Shown one piece after another: positions 27,901 through 39,286 of a stretch of 64,000 nt of DNA (within the stretch, counting starts at the first letter, position 1; every line of letters starts with the position of its first letter). Origin of the DNA: Auanema rhodensis (lineage: Eukaryota > Animalia > Nematoda); contig OZ059897.1 in NCBI GenBank assembly GCA_964057225.1, positions 13,082,001 through 13,146,000 on the forward strand, read 5' to 3'. The notes below the pieces were generated by a model. It searched no databases, was not told where the DNA came from, and worked only from the letters and a program-made list of their open reading frames with translations. Made by a program: the position numbers and the translations under genes.

Positions 27901-30900
27901 CTTTTTTTTTCTTTTTTACTCAAAAAAAAGTGAGAAATTCGTCATATTTTCCTTTAAGTCACTTACTACCACAAGCTTCAAATAACCGTCGCCAAGTTAA
28001 AAAAGGACATTACGGTTGAAATATTACAGCTTTGTGCAAGCTATTCATCAGTTTTAACTACTATATTATCTAAATTTTGAACTTAACAATAGGCCTGAAC
28101 TTTGAACAAAATTCTTATGAATTGGCTTGGTTTTTTTTTTATAATTTTATATTTTTCACATACCTTCTAAATGATATTAATATAAGAGTTTTTCACACAC
28201 AACGACTAGTTTCTTAGCATCATTTGCCAAGTTCGTTTTCGTTTTTTGTTAAGATTAACCAAAAAATTGAGCTAATACTTGTGATATTTCGAATATACAT
28301 GCTATATATTGCTTTTCAAAACTTTAAGAATAATTCACTATCTCTTGTTGACATATTTTGAAGTTTGTTTCTGTGGAGAAGTTGCGACTTGCTTTATCCC
28401 ATTAGATCGTTTTCCATGTTCATTTGCCATTCCTTCGTTTTTCCCTCCTTCTTTCCTTCACTCCCACCCTCTCTTTATCCCTATCGCTTTATCGTTTGAA
28501 CAACAAAATCTTCTTTTTTTTGTTTTATAGATGATTTCCTCTGAATCTGTATATCTTACTTTATTCTTTTTTCTTCTTCCTTATGATGTTCAATATACAT
28601 ATACTATGAACTTTGTTGAAGATGGAATGTCCATGTTTCTTGAAACTTTTCTTATACATATCTCAATTCTTAGTTAATTAGTCATCTTTCTCATCATCAA
28701 CATCGTCAATACTTCATTTCATCTTCTAACTATCTCGTATTTTCCCAGAAAATAGTATATGCAACCATTAAAGGCAACTCAGCTTGAGTTTATTAAAATG
28801 CTGGACAGATGGGATGTCCTCTTGATGTGTCCAAGTCAAGTAAAGAGAATTTGGACGAAGTTTAGCTTTCAAGTGTATCTCAAGTGTTTTCACTCGTTGT
28901 CATATTTCTCCAGTCAAACTAACTGCACTTGCTTCTATTTTTTAGTTAAACGATACATACATAGAGCAAAGAGGGAATATGCATGAGAGAATATGACGAT
29001 TTTTCTAATTTGTTTCTTCTTAAATTAGCTTTGAGAAAACTTTATTTTTGTCCAAGATATATTCATATTTGAACTATATATGTATATAGTTCAAATATAA
29101 ATATATACTTGAACTATATATCTATATATCTATATAAAGGAATAGCCTTATGTTTAAACAAAAGTTTTTTTTTAAAAACAGCTCTACATTTTCATGCAAA
29201 AAAGCTTTCTATTCCATAGTTTTTCATTCAAATTTTTTAATTTTTTTAATAAGTTTATTCTTTTGTTTTGGTTTTTAAATAAATTGCCCTCGTCGTCACA
29301 CATCCATCAAGCCACTATAATTTGTGGAAAAAAGATTTCCTCATCTCTTTCTGAAGATTTTATCCTGTACACTATGATTTAATTGTTTTATTCTGAAAGC
29401 CACTTAATCACCATTATACCCGAAATCTAGATATATACTTCAATATAGTAAGATAAATTGAGGAATTAAGAAGTTTAGATGAAAAAAAAATCAAAAAAAA
29501 AGTGCTGAATGTCCATGGAGCTATCTTAAATTTCATGCCCATGGGATCAACTTGTCGCTCAAATGGCATTAACCCCATCCGACAGCTTTTCGTTTTTGTT
29601 CAAAAGCCTATTCCTGGCGAAATCAGTTTGATACTTTTTGATTTTCATCACATACTAGAAGCTGAACACTTGCTGTTTGTAGCTTTTGGCTTAAAGAAAA
29701 AATTCATCCTTTGTTTTTTTGGCAAAATTCCTAATTTAATTCACATTTGCCTTATATAATTTGTCGTTTTTTACATATCAAAAAACTAATCTAATTAAAA
29801 AATATTTTTTTCTCAGTCAGAATATTAATGAAAATAGTTATAGGTGCGCGTATGTCAACGTCACGATCTCTTCAACTTAGACCACGTCCACGATTAGAAG
29901 AATTACTGTATGATGACATAACTCAAGCTTCTGATGATGATGTTGAGGATGATGACGACGAAGATAGTGTATGGCCACAAAAAGATCCTTGGCCTGAACA
30001 AGAGGTCTGTTATCTTTAGAGCTTTTCATGATTTTCTTGTCAAAATTGGACGAGCTCCAAGAAAAAAGAGCAAGAACGAGAGGGTGTGTCTCTTATTCGA
30101 CTGAAGACCTTATTTAACTCATTTTGCTGCCATTTTCATAAGCAAAGCAAGCATTTTATAATTTCGTTTCAATATCGATGCAAAATTACTTTGAAATATT
30201 CTTTTCATTAGCAAAACTTTCTTTTCATAGGTTTGGCCTGAAGATAGAATATTTTCACATCATCCAAGAAATAGCTGGGTTGATAACGAAATTCCACGTT
30301 CTGTTTCTGTTCAATTTCGACCACAATCACATACTCGACCTTTACCAAATTCATATTCTGCTCACGGACATATTCATAAGATTGAGTCATCGTTTGTTGA
30401 AGATTCAGAAATTCATTTATCTGTTGATGATCAAAAAATGACAGCATCTCAGAATACTTCATCTGCTAATAGTTCAACTCAAATGCTAAGCGAAACAGAG
30501 AGGTTTCCCTTCCAAGTGTATGTCGATCATTTAACTTATATTATTTAAGATTTGAATTGGTTCGACGTTCGGCATGGCTAGAACGTGGAAGCTTAGTTCA
30601 ATTATCAAATGGATCTGATTATCAAAGTCTTCAAATCCCCTCAACATCAAATCAAATAAGACGTAGTTGTACGACAGACGAATTCAGAAGACCTCGTCGA
30701 CGTTTACCTCGCCGACCTGACGACGTTGGTTATCGAGGTTTGTTTTTTTACTAATTTTATCAATGTAATCAATCATTTATACATTATTTCCAGGAGATTT
30801 ACCATATTCAATGTCAATGTATGATAAATGCCTTTATGAAGAGCAATGTAATCAGCGTTTTGGTTTGCAACGAGCTCAATCATTACGTTCATCCACACAC

Positions 30901-33900
30901 TTTTTGAAAGAGGATTCAGAACCAGTAATATTATGGTTTGTTTTTAATTTGAAAATATTAAAAATAAATGTTTACCTTCAAATAATTCATGAATATATAA
31001 TATATAGCTCAATACTAATTAAAATCATTTTCCATTTTTTTTAAACTCTGTCTTTTAATTGAAAATTTATGAGCATTTTTGCAAAAATACATATTTGAAA
31101 ACAAACAAAAACAGGTTATATTCTGAATCTTTAGCTCAAGAATAGTCAAAAATTCTTTAAAATGAATATAGCGACAAGACGATGATAGCTACTTTCTAAT
31201 TCATGATTCCATTCTCTAAGAATGAGAAACACATGCCTTATACTTCTATCAAAAAACTTCGCTTTGCAGCTCAATGTTTGTAAAGAAAAAATAATTTTTT
31301 TTTTAGTTCAAGCCCGATGGCTTTGAAGCCTCGTCCTCCGTCAAGTTTACCAATAGCTGAACCTGGATCTGTTCAATTTCAAACTCAATCTACTCCAACA
31401 TCACAACCAGCAGTAACTTCAGTTGGAGCTCATTCAACATCATATCAACCGTATAGTTCTAATAGAAGGTACTTGTCGATCCGAAACAAAATATAAGATT
31501 TTTATAATTTTCTTCTGATATATAGTATAATTAGAAATTAAAAATCAATAATATTTTGATTAATATATAAATTTTTCATTAAAATATTGAATAATAACTC
31601 ATTAATATTTTTTTATTTGTTCATCTTCTCTTTTCTACTTCAATTTATATCAAGCTGCTTCACGTGATTCACGTGAAACTTGATGCTAAGATTTATTTTT
31701 TCATTTTTTTTTGAATACTGCACGGTTGAATATCTCATTTTTCTTTAAATTTTCATTCAAAAATATAAAATTTCTTTTTATACTTTCACCTTCATAAAAT
31801 TATTATATCGTTTATATAATGTTCTAATTCTTTCTGGAAGTAATTGGAATCATTTGTCAAGTTTAGCCATTCTGCCTGTCAAGTTCATGACTCGCTTAGT
31901 CGGTATAGCGAATGTGCACGGGATGGTGCTTAAACTAAACTGGACCACAAATTTCATTTTTTTCTTTTCTGTTTCTTGCCATATCCTCATAGCTTATGGT
32001 CCTTTTCCTCTTCTCCGTCTCATTTCAATGCAGCTTATCCTCCTTCGGTTTAACATCGTCTGTCGGGCCGGGCCGTCCCTATGTTCGTAATTGGTTGCCT
32101 CTATTACTAGCCCTGAGGCTGTTGGTCGGCCGACGCTCCTTACTACTCAGTTACTGCTTTCTTCCGATATACGACCCTTCAGAAACTTTTTTAGCGTTAT
32201 AACATTCCGATTATTTGGTTATTTTGATTTTCCTCTAAAATATTCAGAGAAAATAAAAAACTCTTCGTGATACAAACGCAAGTTCAATTTAATTTATTTT
32301 GTAAATATCGTAATTCCCATCTCTCTTGGAGCTGTCATTTCATGATATCATTCCTGCTGATTCTACTTGAAGCAAGATGAAATTATATTATTCAAATTGT
32401 TTTTTTTTCCGAATTTTGAATCAAATAGACATGAAAACAAAAGTTTCATTTTTGATTTATTTTAATGATTATTGTATTGCCATTGTTTTCAGTGCAACAC
32501 GACAAGCCTACGCTGATCTTGCAACACCAATGTCGCCACCAAAACACTGTAAGTTGATTATATCTGAGATATTTTAATCATATACTTAGTCATGTTTACG
32601 ATTTAATTTATATCATATAAGATCTTGGAAAACAAGGTTTACTAGCTCACTGTGTTTATTAATTAGCATATGAGGCTTGAAAGGATTAGTTACATGTTTA
32701 CGAAGCTAAAGCTTTTGTGTTTCTGGAAATATGCTTATTAGGTTCTGAAGGAAACCATGCTCTCTTGATCTCGTTACTCCAATTTTCATGTGATCTCTCT
32801 TTCTATCACTCTGCTTCTCTATTTATCTCTTTCTACTTCATATTCTTTTTTCTAGATCAGTAAGCAAAGTGTCTGTGTCCTTCATTCAGTAGTCCACCAT
32901 AACTAAGCACTACCAGTAATTTCCTAGCGAGCCCAGTTAAGTATAGAAGCTAGCTTGAATGAACGAAGGATCGATTGTTCATACTGCTAATTCTTGCTGA
33001 AACGGCATAGAAATGTCTCTTAATCATTTCAAATTTCCTACTACTCTTGTTTTCGAATAATACAAAAAACCCAAATACAAACGCATTCCATTGAAACTTT
33101 TTTATTTTTTGAATTTTCATGAATTCATCTGGTCAAGCTTTATAGTTCTACTTCTACTGAGTTGACTAACTCTACTGAGTTGACAATGAACAGCGGAAAG
33201 TTGAGAAAATTTGTTTTCTGTCCGTGTTGACGACGTTGATGTCGAGCAAATGAAGGAGGGCGAGTACCATCAGAACTGGATAACTGCTGTCTTCGTCGCA
33301 TGGGAATATGTAGCTTAAAATCTCGGCTTGGAAAGAAAACACGTTATAGCAAGATATAGCGTTCTGAGATGTTTCTTACTGTCTTTGCCTTATTTTTTTG
33401 AATCTCCTTGATTTCGCCTGCAATCTGCGTAATTAGCTTTCTCATAGTCTCCTTCTTTCATCCATTCTCTCATATGAACCCTTTGGCTTCTTTTTATGCT
33501 GTTGATACAAAGCTTAATTAAATCCTCAACCACTGGCAACTGTCCTTATGTGTATAAGCTGTCCTCCAGGATACTCTAATGAGGACAGACATGACAAGCC
33601 TTGCATGGCGAATAGAACGTCCATCAAGAGAATTCGAGAAACAGACGAATTTAAATAAGAAATAGATGAAAGAGATAGAGAGATAGAAGAGAAGAGATAG
33701 AAAGAGAGAAGGGGATAGCAAAGAGAAGAAACGGAGAGAAAAGTGGGAGACTACATGTCTGCAGTCTTGTTGTCTTTCATGTGCTCATCATGCTCTGCTT
33801 CTCTGTCTCATTGACGTCGACTCTGATTCTAAGGCAGCTATTGATTCTCGTTTCGTCAGCTCCGACCACCATTTAAGGTCGACAAGATGGTTTTTGTGTA

Positions 33901-36218
33901 TAAAACCTTCAAAATCTCTCAAATATCCTTGATATTTATAAATATTTTATCAATTACATTCGTGAATCCTTTGCTCATGTGGGACAAGGATACATTGAAT
34001 CTTTGTTTAGATTTTCATCAATCTTAATTCCAAGTATTATTTTCGATAAAGCTTACTCTACTGAAAATAGTTTTCAAATTTTCGAAATATTTCTTTTTTT
34101 TTTACAAGATTTAAATTCAATAGTTATTTTCTCGTTAGGATAGAAAACAAGCTGTCATTTTTAACTAAAGCTAATGTGCGAAATTCACTTTTCTTTCTTT
34201 TTTTTTCAATTTTACGACAAAATTACTACTTTTATACATAAAATATAATTGAAAAAAAAAAAAACTTTTTTTTTCAAGTATTAAACATCATATCATTTCA
34301 TTATATAATGTTCTGATCATAATCTAACACAAAACAACATTTCTAGACTTTTTCTCCATATTTTCATCTATCTAAAATGCATTTTTCATTTAAAAAAAAG
34401 AAAGTTAATATGAACTATTCTCTGTTTTTTTGATATTCTTTGTCAAAAATATTCTTAAAAACTATTTATTCTGCTCGATTCAAGCTCATACCTTGCCCTT
34501 TCCTACTTCTCACATTTACTATTATTCATTAATGGCTTGAATCGTCTTGGACTCTAAAAGGACAATCATAGTTCTAAATACATTACGATCATTCACATCA
34601 AAATCATACACAAAGAAAGCTTAATCTAAGCTTTTTTTTATTTTTATCTCTTCTTATTACATACTATTTCCAAATTCTTTTAATTATATTCCTTTTGAAT
34701 GAATTCGTATGATTGAAACTTCTTCTTCTTCGAGGCTTCGTTGAGCTCATTGCTCTCATCTCAATTTCTTTGATATCATTTCTCTTTTTTCATCAATTCA
34801 CTTCATCATTTAACTATTCTTTTTTATAAAAATTATTTTGTTATATAGATATTATTTATATATAACAACCTGTTTTTTAGTTTTCTATTACTTCCTATTT
34901 CTATCCAATTTTTGGTTTTTTTTTATTAGAAAAAAAGAAGGAAATTAATTATTGAATGTTGTTCCAATTATAAAATTATAAAAATTATATTTTTGATAGT
35001 TTATATTGTATTATTATTTCAGTTTTAATTTACAATATTCTCTCATCATCTAATTGAACATAGCGAATCCAAATTATTTCATTTTATAGTCAATGTCTTC
35101 AGAATTATTTCATACACTCTCTAATATTATTATATATAATAATATATATTTAAAAAAAATCTTTTCATAAAAATTATTTCTTGGAAATGACTATGTATTA
35201 TGAAAATTCTTAAATAACATTAACTAAATTTGTTTAGATCTTTTATGATTTTCTTCTTTACTTTAAATATTAAAAGCTTATTTTATATATATTTATCTAA
35301 ATATAAAGTTATATTATTATCGAAAATACTAATTTATATCTTTTGAACTTGAAAAAAAAGATGAAAAGATAACATATTGATATGTATATTTAAGTTGTGA
35401 AGACCTATTGTTTATGAAGAAATTTCCAAAAAAAAAGGCGGAGTATATACATCTTCCTCCTTATACCCGACTGAGCTTATTTCACTTTGTTTTTTCAATT
35501 TTCTTCTTTTCTTTTTTTTTTTTGGGGAAGAAATAGCATTGAGGCTTTATTATCAAAAACCTGGTCATAGAATTAAAGAGATCGTATTCTTTATAAGCAT
35601 ATTCTATGGAAGTAATATTATATCTTAACGAATTATACACAACCATCTTAAATATGGTAAAACACAATGATGTCATTCAACTATTTCTTCATATCGAATA
35701 GCAAAACCTTTAGTCTCGTCATTTCCTTTCTTACAATTCTATTCAAATCTATACTATATATGTATTATATTCATTTTTAATTTCTTATAATGATTCATTT
35801 ATTATTGAAAATCATGTTTTTTCTTATTTGAGGGAACTACAAGATTTTATAAAAATATCTATGTTAGGCCTTTTCCGTTCATTTATTTTATATTTCTTGA
35901 TCTATGCCAAGAAAGTAGTGCAGATTTTGGCTAAAATAAAAAATAGAGAGCAAGGATAGAATACTAAAGCATGTCTCTCAATTTTTTTTGTGAAATTCTG
36001 TTCTAAATTGGGCTTTATTCCATAAATTGTTGTTTATAATATGATTCTTAAAATTTGGAAAACATTCCTACAACTACATGCTAGTTAACCATGTGCATGT
36101 TGGCAATTTTTTTGTTAAAAATATATTTTAACGTTTGTTATTCTGGAAAGATAAGACAAAAATTGGAGCTAGTAATGATGATAGTCTTAGAGGTCATATA
36201 TAGTTTTAGAAAATAGAT

Positions 36219-36260
<42 letters not shown>

Positions 36261-39026
36261 TTGAACATAAGTAATCTTTACTTTTATATTTTCCTTAATT
36301 GGCTATTTGAAGTATATGTTGATTCATTTTATTCTTTCATTCCTTCAAATCGAAGTTTTTTCTTTTCTTTGAAGTAATGAAGAGCCATACAATAATGTAA
36401 GTCTTTTCTTTCATTTCTTTGTTTTCCTTTCATGATGATGACATATGGAGAGGCACGAAAAGAGATATACGGAATTGCAAGCATGATGAAGACTATAAAC
36501 ATGAATTTCAACGACTTGTGCAGACATTTTCCAACATTCATTTTATCTTTATGTATAAGTATGTATATGCATATATCTAAATATATATAGATAGATATAT
36601 AAAGATGGATAGATAGATAGATAGATAGACATATGTATGTATGAAGTATGTATGTTAAGACAAAAAAAAAGTTGAAAAATGGAGGAAAGAATCGGGAAAT
36701 AAATCAACTTCTAAAGTTCTTTTTTTTAATTTCGCTTAAGTTATATGTAAGTGAACTAGATCTTTATGTACTTTTAATTTTTCAAATAACAGCAGTAAGA
36801 ATTGAATTGAATCGCTCTTCTTGTGAGTAAAAGCTAAAATGACGTCAATGAGACTAAGCAGGCTTCAACTTTTTTGTTCTTCATTGCCTCATTCAACTTC
36901 CTTGTTCTAAAAGTCTGCTGTATTCTAAAATTTGCAAAGAAAACCTTTTTCCATATATGTAGATAGTATTTTTTAAATTAATTATTTCATTCATATGTAA
37001 TTGTTACTTTATATATATATATATATATTTAAATTTATTAATTTCAGTACTCCCATCACCTCATTCTACTGGACGTCGTTTACCACCACTTCCACTTAAT
37101 TCAACTTATCTTGCTAGATTTCCAACAATGAATGTACCACCTCCAGCTCCTGTACCAAAGAATGATCATACTTTGTGTTTCATTGATGGTTTGAAATATA
37201 TTTATTTGATTTTCATATTTTCATTCGTTTGTAGGAATGACCGATTCGGTATTGGCTAGAAGTACGTTTGAGGAATCGTATTATGAAGATGATAGCATTA
37301 ACGGTAATTCATCTTACCGACGACAACGAAAATGTAATTCACAAATTCAAAAAAGAAAATACAAATTTACATTAATTTAAATGATTTCAGCATTTTTTTC
37401 GCCAGACGATTCATCGGGAGTCTCCTCATGCACAACATCGGATAGTGTAAATCCAACTCATCGAGTTCAATCTTCATTCATTCCTAGGTTAGTTAAATGA
37501 AGATAAGATTTGTTAAAGAAAATAACATATTTCTATTTTATTTGAAAATTAAAATAATTAATTTTTCAGACATCATGATGAATTACTTTTGGATATAGGT
37601 GATGCTGTTCATGTAGAACGAACTTGTGAAGATCATTGGTGTTATGGTTAGTAAAATAAACATTTATTCTTATATAATATATTATTTTTGTTTTTGATAT
37701 ATTTAACTATTTTATAAAATAAGGTTTATGTTTACAATTTTCAGGAACAAACCTTCGTACTAATCAGTCGGGTATTTTTCCATCAGCAGTTGTGTGCGAA
37801 ATCGATTTAGTAGAGGAAATCTGTTTAGGCGCATTGCCTACTAATGCAAATAGTAAGTATTTATTTCATTAAAAATATAATTATATTTTGTAATTTTAAT
37901 AGATTTAAAATAATTTTGTTGATGAAAAAAAAAGAATTTAAGTATATTCTTTCATTTATTTATTTTCAGAAGTTTTAACATCTGAACGTGATACATTCTA
38001 TCTTACAATGTTAGCATCAATAGAAGTTGCACATCACAAAGGAAATGATGTTCTCACGCAAGCTATGAATAAGGTATATTTCTTTATAATTCATTATAAA
38101 TGTATAAATTTTTAGTTTAAATATAAAAATTATTTAAAAAAATTATTTCTTTGTAAGTCTTATACAATATTATTTATTTTTTATTCTTTTTAGGTCTTAG
38201 CATTGTATAAGAATCGTGAAGAAATTATTGTACCACAAACAGTTCTTATGGAAATATCATTCAGAGGAATTCATGTGATTGATAAAAGAAAAAAGAATGT
38301 AAGTTTTTTTTTAAATAATCAGACTGTGTTTTCCCTTTTTTTCTATTCAAAGAAGAAAATATTATTTTTATTTTCAAAAATATATAGATGAAGATGTATA
38401 TACACAGTTATATATATATATATATGTATATCTAATCTTATTTTCAGTTTTTCCAATGTCCAACATTCGATTTCTTCTATAGCTTACAAAATATTTCATT
38501 CTGTGGAGCTCATCCAAAACAGTTAAAGTTCGTTTATATCGCATTTCTTTTTCCTTTTTTGACAAATTCTTTTTTGAAAAAAATAAACATATCAATAACT
38601 TTTCAGATATTTTGGTTTTATCACAAAACATCCATTACTGCCACGGTTTGCTTGTCATGTCTTTATGTCGAATATGACAACTCAGCCAATTGTTGAGTCA
38701 ATAGGGCAAGTTTTTATACAATTTTATAAAAAACATTACTAAACTTATATGAAACTTGATGAAAAATAGTTTCATCTATGCTTAAAAAAGAACGTGACTA
38801 ATCATATGTCGTATATCGATAGGTTCTATTTCTTTACAAATATGATTGTCCCGCATGAAGTGGAAATATTTTGTTTATTTTCGTTCAAGTTTCAATTATA
38901 TTTATAGATATTTCCTTTTCTGAAATTAATATAAAAATTGATTGTTTTTATAGGCGTGCTTTCAAACGTTCTTATGATGAATACATGGCTTTTGCTCATC
39001 CAACGGAAGACATTTATCTAGAATAG
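24922..39026 (+). CDS. jip-1: JNK-interacting protein 1 scaffold (acidic disordered N-terminus, SH3, PTB, kinesin-light-chain-binding tail)
   Basis: SH3 ([30 protein letters not shown]), PTB ([45 protein letters not shown]) and C-terminal HPTEDIYLE*. Upstream exons at 24922, 25097, 25238, 25423, 25625, 25781, 27257, 29844, 30231, 30550, 30794, 31221, 31307, 32493 and 37049 (approximate) join in frame. The 5' end is less certain. Confidence 0.9.
36224..36257. repeat. (GA)n microsatellite
   Basis: Pure GA run; related (GATA)n at ~36608-36628 and (CT)n at ~39255-39310. Confidence 0.95.
38706..38953 (+). other. Non-canonical GC-AG last intron of jip-1
   Basis: ATA GG|gcaagt...tttatag|G CGT GCT TTC is the join that restores the conserved SIGRAF and the PTEDIYLE tail. 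Confidence 0.85.
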
Positions 39027-39254
39027 TTGTCAATACAATATATATTCTTCTGTCATTTTTCTTCTATCAAATTTAGCTCAATCACTATTTCTCAAATATT
39101 TTTCTAAAAATATTTTCTTTTATTTCAATATAACATTGTTAAACTTACAGCTAGGCTTTACTATATTTATTGTGAATATATATAACATTTGTATAATATA
39201 CATACTCATAAGTCATGTTAACGGGTAACAATTCTGTCAAGTTTTTGACTCTAA

Positions 39255-39286
<32 letters not shown>

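Noticed and set aside
33153-33184. 14-bp direct repeat TCTACTGAGTTGAC x2 (also AAACATTATG x2 at 11731)
   Set aside because: Only two copies; a simple local duplication, not an array or element terminus.
971-39026. Idea of a JNK/immune signalling cluster (DUSP-like, malt-1, jip-1)
   Set aside because: The genes are interleaved with unrelated metabolic, ciliary and ER genes; chance adjacency is sufficient.
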